Part shown: positions 1 through 8,165 of the stretch, piece by piece
Layout of the letters: every line of letters begins with the position of its first letter
How positions within the stretch are numbered: position 1 is the stretch's first letter
Assembly (NCBI GenBank): GCA_002422165.1
Contig: DITQ01000010.1
Location: 56,595-120,594, forward strand
Direction: 5' to 3'
Length of the DNA: 64,000 nucleotides
DNA from: Candidatus Pacebacteria bacterium UBA6180
GTDB taxonomy: Bacteria > Patescibacteriota > Microgenomatia > UBA1400 > PJMF01
Made by a program: the position numbers and the translations under genes
The notes under the pieces: model-generated
Database searches by the model: none
Told to the model about the DNA's origin: nothing
Seen by the model: only the letters and a program-made list of their open reading frames with translations

Positions 1-275
1 TCATTGACCAGGATAACTAAGAAGCTGTTGTTGCTGCTACTACCAGTGACGATCAGTTCTTCTTCTGCAGTGAAAAAATCTTCTTCTGGATTATTGATCA
101 CTAATTGTGAACTTTCTACCACCGCTGATTGAGTACTTTGTGGATTGTTGATCAATTGATCAGTAAGATTGTTCTGGCCAATCTTGGCGCGCTCCGAATT
201 TTGGTAAATACCAAAAGTAATCATGAGACCAAGAGTGATGCCGACAAAAACTGCTAAAAGGATTTCTTTACGCAT
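1..275 (-). CDS. Membrane-anchored hypothetical protein (partial, runs off window start)
   Basis: Hand translation from ATG 275: MRKEILLAVFVGITLGLMITFGIYQ...; N-terminal TM helix; TATAAT on minus strand at 306-311. Confidence 0.7.
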   Translation of the reverse strand, partial: MRKEILLAVFVGITLGLMITFGIYQNSERAKIGQNNLTDQLINNPQSTQSAVVESSQLVINNPEEDFFTAEEELIVTGSSSNNSFLVILVN

Positions 276-330
276 ATTTAAGCTAAGAGAGAGTATCTTA
301 GGGCAATTATACACAAAAGTCAAAGATTTT

Positions 331-492
331 TAGCTGAATATCTAGATTACAGTCATACTCAACTAAAAACTTAGCTTCATTTTAACTAACAATCTTTTTT
401 TCGTTCGACGAAGTCGACGTCAACTTGCTATTTTATTTTGTTACCCCTTTTGCCCGCCGACTTCGACGGACTGTAATCTAGATATTCAGCTA
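331..492. repeat. Structured non-coding element, copy 1 (perfect 24-bp terminal inverted repeat around a 114-nt core)
   Basis: tagctgaatatctagattacagtc (331-354) / gactgtaatctagatattcagcta (469-492); core aligns to 57376-57488 in the opposite orientation. Confidence 0.8.
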
Positions 493-540
493 TTTAATTA
501 ACTTCGAAATTTTACAAGTTTATGTTACACTCTGAAGCAT

Positions 541-1197
541 ATGCAAATCACTTATCACGGTCATTCTTGTTTCAAGCTCAAGGGCGAATTGGGGAGTGTG
601 GTGCTTGATCCTTTTGACGAAAAAGTGATGGGTTTTCCACTCGCCAAACTTAGTGCTGAGTTGGTGACCATCTCTCACAATCATGACGATCATAACGCTA
701 AGGATAAGGTCAAAGGCACTTCCAAGCGCGAGAAGCCTTTTATCATTGATTTTCCCGGTGAATATGAAGTTGGTGGGATTTCTGTTTTTGGTACCAAGAC
801 TTTTCATGATCAAGTTGGGGGCGCCGAGAAGGGCAACAACATTGTTTTTAAGATTTTAATTGATGGCTTGTCTGTTTGTCATTTGGGTGACTTGGCTCAC
901 CAGCTTGATGAGAAGCAGTTAGACTCCATCGGCATGGTAGATGTCTTGTTTTTACCTGTTGGAGGGCCTTTTTCCCTGATGAACGAAGAAGCAATTAAAG
1001 TTGCCAACGCCATCAGTCCCAGTATCCTGATTCCTATGCACTACAGTGACAGTGCCTATCCAAGTGACACCAGGGTTAAGCCGCTCGAGCAGTTTTTACA
1101 GAGTTTCGGCGTGACCTTAGAACCAGAAGACAAATTAATCGTCGAAAAAGATCGCTTGCCAGAAGAAATGCAATTAGTAGTGCTGCGCCGCAGCTAA
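541..1197 (+). CDS. MBL-fold metallo-hydrolase
   Basis: YHGHSCF, LDPF, SHNHDDH and HLGDL motifs. Confidence 0.9.
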   Translation: MQITYHGHSCFKLKGELGSVVLDPFDEKVMGFPLAKLSAELVTISHNHDDHNAKDKVKGTSKREKPFIIDFPGEYEVGGISVFGTKTFHDQVGGAEKGNNIVFKILIDGLSVCHLGDLAHQLDEKQLDSIGMVDVLFLPVGGPFSLMNEEAIKVANAISPSILIPMHYSDSAYPSDTRVKPLEQFLQSFGVTLEPEDKLIVEKDRLPEEMQLVVLRRS

Positions 1198-1210
1198 GGC
1201 TAAAATCAAA

Positions 1211-2530
1211 ATGTCCAACGATCCCAAAATTCCTCCTCACGATCTCGATGCTGAGCGCAGTGTTTTGGCGGCGATTTTGATCGACAAAGACGCTATGATC
1301 AAGGCGTCCGAAATCCTCAAGCCAGAATCCTTCTACAGTCGTGCTCACCAAGTGATTTTTTCTGCCATGATCGAGCTTTACGACAAGCGCATGACTATCG
1401 ATGTCATCACCCTTAAAGATCAGTTGACCAAAGACAAAAACATTCGCACTGCTGGCGGAGTATCTGGCATTAGTCAGTTGTCCAATTTGCTGTCGACTGC
1501 GGCCAACGTTGAAAATTACGCTAACATGGTCAAGGAGAAGTATGTCAAACGCGAGCTAATCGCTTTGTCCAATGAGGTTGGCACCTTAGCTTTCGATGAG
1601 AGCAAGGAAGTCAACGAAATTCTCGACAGTGCTGAGCAGCAAGTGCTCGCCATCTCTCAAACTCATGCTCGCCGTGACTTTTTACCGATTAAGCAGACCT
1701 TAGTGGAGAGTTTTGATCGTTTGGACGAGCTGCAAAAGAGTGGGGGGCAATTGCGTGGTTTACCGACTGGTTTCTCTGATCTTGACAGAATGTTGGCTGG
1801 TTTGCAGAAGTCCAACCTAATCATTCTTGCCGCCCGGCCAGGCACTGGTAAAACTGCCTTTGCTGTCAACATCGCTCAATACGCTTCAATCGTAGCCAAG
1901 AAAAAAATTGGTATTTTCTCTTTGGAAATGAGTCGCGAAGAATTAGTGGATCGTCTGTTAGTGGGTCAAGCCGACATTGATGCTTGGAAGCTCAAAACTG
2001 GCCGCCTCTCACAAGAAGATTTTCTCAAGATCTCTGATGCGATGGGTGTTTTGGCAGAAAGCAAACTTTTTATCGACGATACTCCAGGTTTAAGCATCTA
2101 CGAAATGCGCACCAAAGCGCGCCGTCTAATGATGGAGCAAGATATCGATTTGTTAATCGTCGACTATTTACAGCTAGCTCATGGTCAGAATCGTGAGAAT
2201 CGCGTCCAGGAAGTTGGTGAAATTTCCCAGGGTCTCAAAAACATTGCTCGTGAGCTCAAAATTCCAGTTTTAGCTTTGGCACAGTTGTCGCGTGCGGTCG
2301 AGCAACGTGGTGAGAAAGCACCACAGCTTTCGGATCTTCGCGAATCAGGTTCGATTGAACAGGATGCTGACGTGGTGATGTTTTTGTATCGTAAAGATGA
2401 TGATCTACGCGAATCAGTGACCCTCCGCATCGCTAAGCACCGCAACGGTGGGCTGGGGGACATCGAACTTTACTTCAAGGGTGATCGCGTCAAATTCTTT
2501 GGCATGGAAAGTCGCAGTCATAATCAGTAA
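1211..2530 (+). CDS. dnaB: Replicative DNA helicase
   Basis: AARPGTGKT Walker A, FSLEMS, IVDYLQL, LSDLRESGSIEQDAD, KHRNG. Confidence 0.98.
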   Translation: MSNDPKIPPHDLDAERSVLAAILIDKDAMIKASEILKPESFYSRAHQVIFSAMIELYDKRMTIDVITLKDQLTKDKNIRTAGGVSGISQLSNLLSTAANVENYANMVKEKYVKRELIALSNEVGTLAFDESKEVNEILDSAEQQVLAISQTHARRDFLPIKQTLVESFDRLDELQKSGGQLRGLPTGFSDLDRMLAGLQKSNLIILAARPGTGKTAFAVNIAQYASIVAKKKIGIFSLEMSREELVDRLLVGQADIDAWKLKTGRLSQEDFLKISDAMGVLAESKLFIDDTPGLSIYEMRTKARRLMMEQDIDLLIVDYLQLAHGQNRENRVQEVGEISQGLKNIARELKIPVLALAQLSRAVEQRGEKAPQLSDLRESGSIEQDADVVMFLYRKDDDLRESVTLRIAKHRNGGLGDIELYFKGDRVKFFGMESRSHNQ

Positions 2531-2554
2531 AGCAGAAACTCAAAAGCACGCACT

Positions 2555-2788
2555 TCAAGCGTTGCCAATGCCGAATAACAAGTAAATCAAACCTCCAGAC
2601 AAGAGCAAAAACATGGTGAAAAAACCCAAGTTGGCTTTGAGCTTATTGCTCTGTAGATTATTACTTTGGTTGTCTACGCTAACAATGATGACGAGGGCAA
2701 TCACTAGCCAAATACCACCTCTTACTACCACTGACCAAATGCTGTCAACGGCGAAGGATTTGATGACTAGATCACGAATAGCATCCAT
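2555..2788 (-). CDS. Small two-TM hypothetical protein
   Basis: 77 aa ATG-start ORF with two hydrophobic segments filling the gap. Confidence 0.7.
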   Translation of the reverse strand: MDAIRDLVIKSFAVDSIWSVVVRGGIWLVIALVIIVSVDNQSNNLQSNKLKANLGFFTMFLLLSGGLIYLLFGIGNA

Positions 2789-2858
2789 AGTTTACCAATA
2801 TCATGACGGATTTTTGAAGCGTCGACAAGTAGCTTTAGCATGATAAAATATTTGCCTT

Positions 2859-3638
2859 ATGAGCACGGCTATTTTTAATCCAATAGATATGATGGTGATA
2901 GCTGATTTTGATGGCACTTTTACCAAGAAGGAAGTGCTTGGTAAAAAAACCTCATCGCTTATGACAGTTCTTGTCAACGAGAAGTATTTGGGTAAGCAAG
3001 GTACTAGGGATTGTCAGGCTCTTTTTGAACACTATTACCCAATTGAAATTGATCCTCATTTGCCTCAGCCAGAAAAAGCCATTTTGATGCACGAGTGGTG
3101 GTATAAAACCTTTGAAGTTTTGAAAAAATCCGGTTTGACCAGAGAGATGTTGCTAGAAGTATGTGATTCGCCTCTTTTGGCCTGGCGCGATGGTTTATTG
3201 GATTTTTTGAGATTATTAGAGCAGCAAAAAATTCCCTTAATTATTTTTTCGGCCGGTGGTTTTGGGCAATTGGCTATTGAATATTTGCTGTCTAAAATTG
3301 GCCTATTTGGTCCCAATGTTCAAGTAATGAGCAATCGTCTTGTTTTTGATGATCAGGGGAAATTTGTGGAGATTGTCGAACCAATCATTCACATCGCCAA
3401 TAAAACTAGCGAGGTTTTGATCAGAAATGGTTTGCTGCCCATCAAGCCGGAGCGCCGCCAGTGCTTGTTGATCGGCGACACCCTCGAAGATGACCAGATG
3501 GTTCAGGGTTTAGATTTTGAACTGATACATAAAGTAGCTTTCGCTGGTCACAATGATGCTCATTTCGAAGAGCGCTTCGATTTGGTTTTGGGAAAAGACG
3601 CCGGTTACGAGCAGATTAGTGCTTTAATTAGTTCGTGA
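2859..3638 (+). CDS. HAD hydrolase, pyrimidine 5'-nucleotidase (cN-III/UMPH-1)-like
   Basis: DFDGT, MHEWW, FSAG, NK and GDTLED motifs. Confidence 0.75.
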   Translation: MSTAIFNPIDMMVIADFDGTFTKKEVLGKKTSSLMTVLVNEKYLGKQGTRDCQALFEHYYPIEIDPHLPQPEKAILMHEWWYKTFEVLKKSGLTREMLLEVCDSPLLAWRDGLLDFLRLLEQQKIPLIIFSAGGFGQLAIEYLLSKIGLFGPNVQVMSNRLVFDDQGKFVEIVEPIIHIANKTSEVLIRNGLLPIKPERRQCLLIGDTLEDDQMVQGLDFELIHKVAFAGHNDAHFEERFDLVLGKDAGYEQISALISS

Positions 3639-3728
3639 GCTAGTTTAGACAATATGCAGGATTAGACTTGCAGCGAAAATAGGGTAGAATATAGCTCGTC
3701 CGCAAACTCAATATTTGATTAGTTTTTA

Positions 3729-3812
3729 GCCGAGATGGCGGAATTGGTAGACGCGTAGGTCTCAAAAACCTATGAAGGCAACTTCATGAGGGTTCGATTC
3801 CCTCTCTCGGCA
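3729..3812 (+). tRNA. tRNA-Leu(CAA)
   Basis: gccgaga/tctcggc acceptor stem, taggt-ctCAAaa-accta anticodon arm, long variable arm, GTTCGA T-loop; CCA not encoded. Confidence 0.95.
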
Positions 3813-3868
3813 CCGCCAAGTTTGCGAAGCAAACCTGGCTAGTCCTCGAAGAGGGCGCGATACGGTTT

Positions 3869-4663
3869 ATGCTACCCATCATTCTCGACCTGCCATTTTT
3901 CCGTCTCAAATCTCTCGCTCTTTTGGCTTTTTTAGCAGCTTTTTTTTCAGCTTTCATCTTTTGGCGCAAAGGCAGAGAGGAGCACTATGATACTTTGGAA
4001 ATTTTTGATGCTTTTCTTGCCTCTGGAATTTTTGCTTTTATCGTTGGCCGTTTGGCTTTTGTGGCTTTTCATTTTAGTCAATTTAGCGGCAACTTTTGGC
4101 AGGTTTTCAATGTTTTTGAAAAATCTGGCAATGAACCAATGGTTGCTCTCGCTGCCGCCACTTGGTTTATTTATCGGCGTGCTATCAAAAATAAATGGGA
4201 TGCTTTTGAAATTTTGGATTTTTACGTGACGGCCATCAGTTTAGGAATGGCTTTTATTTATTTTGGCTTTTTTCTCGACGGCAGTTACGGCGGTACTTTT
4301 ACCAAGTTGCCTTGGGGAGTGATTTCTGTGGGAACTTTTGAAAAGACTCATCCAGCTCAACTTTATTCTCTTGCTTATTATTTGTTTGCTTACTTCTATC
4401 TTAGCAAGATGGAGTATCGCTATCGTACCCTTGAATGGTATCGCAGTGGTAAAAAGACTGCTCAATCTGGTTTTTTATTTAGCACTTTTTTGATTTTAAC
4501 TGGTTTTTTTCACATGTTGACTCAGGGCACCCGTTTGCCTAGCTTTTTTGTGAACGGTCTAACTCTCGACTATTTTATTTACTTGGCTTTATTGCTGTTT
4601 GGCGCAGTCTTGCTTTTCAAGCGTTCTGGACGCACTTTTATTAAATTTTCTAGAAAATCATGA
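3869..4663 (+). CDS. lgt: Prolipoprotein diacylglyceryl transferase (divergent)
   Basis: Multi-TM; IVGRL, LPWG and HPAQLY motifs. Confidence 0.75.
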   Translation: MLPIILDLPFFRLKSLALLAFLAAFFSAFIFWRKGREEHYDTLEIFDAFLASGIFAFIVGRLAFVAFHFSQFSGNFWQVFNVFEKSGNEPMVALAAATWFIYRRAIKNKWDAFEILDFYVTAISLGMAFIYFGFFLDGSYGGTFTKLPWGVISVGTFEKTHPAQLYSLAYYLFAYFYLSKMEYRYRTLEWYRSGKKTAQSGFLFSTFLILTGFFHMLTQGTRLPSFFVNGLTLDYFIYLALLLFGAVLLFKRSGRTFIKFSRKS

Positions 4664-5514
4664 CAGCGCAAATTATTTATGAAGATCGCGATTTACTAGT
4701 TTTAAATAAAGCCAGCTTCGTCGTGGTCAATCGCGCTACTACGGTTCAGGTTTCCACTTTGCAAGATTGGTTTGTCAATCGCTTCGGCGAAGAATTTTTT
4801 ACTGAGGAGTTTTGGCAAGCGGAAACTGGCTGGCAAGAGTTGATTCCTGCCGATTTCGACTCAAGCTTTGGCCAGCCATTACAAATCTGGCAGGAGCGCT
4901 TGGGGGTAGTTCATCGTCTAGACAAAGATACTAGCGGCGTGTTGGTGATGGCCAAAAATCCCGGTGCGCTGCTGCACTTGTTAGCGCAGTTCAAAAAGCG
5001 CCAGACCAAAAAAACCTACTTAGCTCTAGTGCATGGCAAATTGGCAGAAAAGAGTGGTCAAATAATCGCGCCTTTGGCCAGAAATCCCCACAATCGTCTC
5101 AAGTTTGCTATTAGCGATGGTGGTCGACCAGCTGTCACTAATTACATAGTCAAACAAGAATTTAGTCAGCTGCGGGAAGATTTTTTGCTAGAATTGTCCG
5201 ACCAGCACCACCTGCGTACCAAGAAAATCAAAGAGCTGTATCAAGCAGGTTTTTCCCTGCTTGAGTTGTCACCTGAAACTGGTCGCACTCACCAAATTCG
5301 TGTTCATATGTTGGCAGCTGGTCATCCACTAGTAGCGGATCAGCTCTACGTTGGTAAGAAACGTGCTCAAGTGGACACGCTTTGGTGTCAGCGTCAGTTT
5401 TTGCACGCTAGTGTGCTTGAGCTGACTCACCCTCGAAGTGGTGAGCGCCTAAAACTTGAAGCGCCTCTGGCGACTGATCTAGAAGCCTGTTTGCAAGAGC
5501 TGATTCAAGCTTGA
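4660..5514 (+). CDS. RluA/RluD-family pseudouridine synthase
   Basis: VHRLDKDTSG, KTYLALV, TGRTHQIRVH. Confidence 0.95.
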   Translation: MTAQIIYEDRDLLVLNKASFVVVNRATTVQVSTLQDWFVNRFGEEFFTEEFWQAETGWQELIPADFDSSFGQPLQIWQERLGVVHRLDKDTSGVLVMAKNPGALLHLLAQFKKRQTKKTYLALVHGKLAEKSGQIIAPLARNPHNRLKFAISDGGRPAVTNYIVKQEFSQLREDFLLELSDQHHLRTKKIKELYQAGFSLLELSPETGRTHQIRVHMLAAGHPLVADQLYVGKKRAQVDTLWCQRQFLHASVLELTHPRSGERLKLEAPLATDLEACLQELIQA

Positions 5515-5539
5515 TTTTTGACTTGTCCTACGCTATAAT
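5511..5539 (+). promoter_or_regulatory. Sigma70-like promoter
   Basis: TTGATT(5511)-17 nt-TATAAT(5534). Confidence 0.6.
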
Positions 5540-5671
5540 CAAGTTACATTAAAAACAGTAATTAAGAGTGCGAAAAGACGTTTAGTTTTTCGTATTCCCA
5601 AGTAACAAACTCGACCGAGAGATCGAGGGGACACCAAGTGAATAAGAAAAAGTGGGCGTCTTTTTTTATTT

Positions 5672-5773
5672 TTTCGGACCCTCCTTTTTTGAGAAACAAA
5701 AAAGGAGCAGGTACGAAAAATGCAAAGCGAATTTCGGACCCTTTGGTCACGAAAGACGCAACGGGTTTTCGGA
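5672..5773 (+). repeat. REP/BIME-like palindrome cluster, locus A
   Basis: Variants of ggtacgaaa..tgcaa.gcgaatttcggacc plus hairpin ctcctttttt/aaaaaaggag; matches the reverse complement of 59186-59289. Confidence 0.75.
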
Positions 5774-5800
5774 AAGTATTAGACGAAAAAAAGGAAAACT

Positions 5801-6397
5801 ATGACCTTTCAGACAGACAGCTTCACAGGCGACGACGCCAAATACATCACGCCTAGCTGGGATCAGCTGGATAGCTTGACTTTGCACGTGGCCAAGCAAA
5901 TCAAAGCGGCCCAGTTGCATTTCGACCTAGTGGTCGCTTTAGCCAAGGGTGCCTGGCCGATGAGTCGTTCGCTGGTTGATTATTCAGGTATCAAAGAACT
6001 GGCTAGCTTGGGAGTCAAATTTTATAAGGGCATTAACAAACGCCTAGACAAGCCAGAAATTTATCAAGAATTGCCTACTTCGGTTCAGGGCAAAAGAGTA
6101 CTGGTCTTCGACGATGTCGCCGATAGCGGTGAATCACTGGCTTTTACCCTCGATTATTTGCGTCAAGCTGGAGCTAAGGACATCAAAACTGCCACTTTGT
6201 TTTTTAAACCTTGGTCGGTTTTGACCCCAGATTTTTATGGTGAGACAACTGAAGCCTGGATTATTTTTCCTTTCGAAAAGCGTGAAATGATCGAATTATT
6301 GACCAAAAACTGGCGAGAGCAGGGTAGAAGCAAAGAAGAAATTTTAGCCAGATATCAGCAGTTAGGTTTTATGGAGGTTTACGACAGTGTCTGTTGA
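5801..6397 (+). CDS. Type I phosphoribosyltransferase (purine-salvage-like)
   Basis: VLVFDDVADSGES PRPP-binding motif, ALAKG, WIIFPFE. Confidence 0.9.
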   Translation: MTFQTDSFTGDDAKYITPSWDQLDSLTLHVAKQIKAAQLHFDLVVALAKGAWPMSRSLVDYSGIKELASLGVKFYKGINKRLDKPEIYQELPTSVQGKRVLVFDDVADSGESLAFTLDYLRQAGAKDIKTATLFFKPWSVLTPDFYGETTEAWIIFPFEKREMIELLTKNWREQGRSKEEILARYQQLGFMEVYDSVC

Positions 6398-7292
6398 ACT
6401 TTTTAATGCAAGCAGAATTCAAGTCGAGCAGCAAGCTCGTATTCAACGCCGCGAAACCCTGCGAGATATTCTCAGAGAAATTTCTTTGCTCATTGTTAAC
6501 ACAGGTAATGATGCTAAGGCTCTAGCAGCTCTTCAACTTGCACAGGCACTTGTAGATCCAGAGCTATCTGTGATAAATGGTAATGTTTTGCAACTTCCTT
6601 CAAAGAAAGATGAGCCAGCAACAGTGCGCGCTGAGGATGTGGCCAGATACAAGGCAGAAACTGCTCGACATGAATATATAGAGGAATATTTTCCAGAACT
6701 AAAAATTTTGCTTACTGCTGTTCAAATTGCTTTACGTAATGATAATGATCAGCTTTTACAGCAACTTATGATCAGTATCACCAATCTTTTGCATGGCAAA
6801 GTGTTTGTGGGAAAAGATGTCAACGCTTTTGTTAATGGAGTGCAGCACCACAAGTTGGAGCGTCGTTATGGTGTAATTTTACCTGAATTCGCTTATGAGG
6901 AACTGCGACGAGATCTATATGAAACCTATGTTTTTCCCGAAAATGGAGTGATAAAAGTTACCTGGGAAATTGCTTCTGTTTACATTAATGGTAAAACTAG
7001 GGGGGCTGTTGATTGGGTGGAGGTCGTTTCCTTACCACTTGATAGAGAATTGGTAGATCATTATTTAGCCAAAGCAGTCCAGGACGGAAAAGTTCTAAGC
7101 TCAAACACTCATATTGCGGCCTTTGAAATGCTTTGCGAACATACGGAACGAATGCTAAGCATCGCCTTGGTATCCAAAGAAATGCTTCAGCAGGGTTATA
7201 CAATTGCTCACTTTCGCCAGTCTCCCAAGCCAGAGTTGCTCGCTGCTGCCAAAAAATCTATTAAAACCAATGTGTCGGTTTACGTGCAATAA
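6387..7292 (+). CDS. Hypothetical protein, possibly a divergent Ham1/Maf (ITPase-like) fold
   Basis: IVNTGNDAK and AEDVARYKA resemble Ham1 N-terminal motifs; GTG start overlaps the upstream stop. Confidence 0.45.
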   Translation: MSVELFNASRIQVEQQARIQRRETLRDILREISLLIVNTGNDAKALAALQLAQALVDPELSVINGNVLQLPSKKDEPATVRAEDVARYKAETARHEYIEEYFPELKILLTAVQIALRNDNDQLLQQLMISITNLLHGKVFVGKDVNAFVNGVQHHKLERRYGVILPEFAYEELRRDLYETYVFPENGVIKVTWEIASVYINGKTRGAVDWVEVVSLPLDRELVDHYLAKAVQDGKVLSSNTHIAAFEMLCEHTERMLSIALVSKEMLQQGYTIAHFRQSPKPELLAAAKKSIKTNVSVYVQ

Positions 7293-7345
7293 TTTCCATA
7301 GTTTAGTCCCTTGATTTTTGGCCCAAGCCCTTTACAATCAATTCT

Positions 7346-7393
7346 ATGTTTAAAGCTGCTTTTCATTTTCAGCTCTCTTACGCCACTCTCTAA
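7346..7393 (+). CDS. Candidate leader peptide MFKAAFHFQLSYATL
   Basis: ATG 7 nt after TACAAT (7333-7338), with TTGATT at 7311; followed by a hairpin and U-tract. Confidence 0.4.
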   Translation: MFKAAFHFQLSYATL

Positions 7394-7410
7394 TTGTTTT
7401 CTAGTTTTTT

Positions 7411-7446
7411 GCGGAGCGATTTTTTAGTCGCTGCTTTTCTTTTTTT
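7411..7446 (+). terminator. Intrinsic terminator-like hairpin in the yhhQ leader
   Basis: agcgatt-tttt-agtcgct stem followed by gcttttcttttttt. Confidence 0.5.
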
Positions 7447-7493
7447 CTTGCACACTATTTATTATTTTTGAACTCATAGAAAGAACATTTTTT

Positions 7494-8141
7494 ATGCAAC
7501 CTACACAATCTTTTGCCAAAAGCTCGCGCGCTCACAAGCTCGACTTGCTTTTGGCCATCTACATCACCTGCGTGGTGGCGGCCGAGCTGATGGGGGCCAA
7601 AACCTTTCCTTTTTTGTGGCTCAATGCTTCGGTGGCGATTTTTACTTTGCCGATTACCTTCATCATCAACGACGTGGTGACTGAGGTGGAAGGGCGGGCG
7701 AGAGCGCTTAATTTCATGCGCAGCACTTTCGTGATCCTGCTGCTTCTAGCGGCTTTCAATGTTCTGGCGCTCAGTTTGCCACCAAGCACTAGAGCCGCCG
7801 CCTTCGAGCCGGCCTACCAAGAGATTTTTGGCAAATCACTACGTATTACTCTGGCTAGCTTGGCTGCTTTTTTCGTGGCTGAGCGTTTGGATATTTTGAT
7901 TTTCAGTCAAATTCGTGCCAAACTTAAAAACAGCGGCTTGTGGTTGCGTAGTAATGCCTCCAATATCATCAGTATGTTTTTTGACACAGTGATCTTTATG
8001 TTCCTGGCTTTTTTCGAGCCTGGCCACGCTGCTTTTGTCTGGTCGCTGGTTCTGCCATACTGGGGACTGAAGTGTCTCTTCTCGATGGTCGAGACGCCGG
8101 TGACCTATTTGGCAGTGCGCTGGCTAAAAAATACTAAATAA
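7494..8141 (+). CDS. yhhQ: Queuosine precursor transporter (YhhQ/VUT family)
   Basis: FIINDVVTEVEG, RITLASLAAF, LWLRSNASNIISMFFDT motifs; multi-TM. Confidence 0.88.
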   Translation: MQPTQSFAKSSRAHKLDLLLAIYITCVVAAELMGAKTFPFLWLNASVAIFTLPITFIINDVVTEVEGRARALNFMRSTFVILLLLAAFNVLALSLPPSTRAAAFEPAYQEIFGKSLRITLASLAAFFVAERLDILIFSQIRAKLKNSGLWLRSNASNIISMFFDTVIFMFLAFFEPGHAAFVWSLVLPYWGLKCLFSMVETPVTYLAVRWLKNTK

Positions 8142-8165
8142 CTTATATTAACCCTAAAGGAAAAA

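Noticed and set aside
331-492. Classical MITE or retron msr-msd
   Set aside because: Arms are not conserved between copies, no clear target-site duplication, and no transposase or RT in the window; not excluded genome-wide
1211-2530. Intein in DnaB (or in GyrA/GyrB)
   Set aside because: DnaB is normal length; the gyrase inserts are short and lack C/S...HN splice motifs
5638-5856. Short ORFs over the repeat clusters (also 59130-59387)
   Set aside because: They translate palindromic repeats or the tRNA antisense strand; no protein-like features
7293-7493. preQ1 riboswitch upstream of yhhQ
   Set aside because: No class I stem-loop with A-rich tail or class II consensus visible
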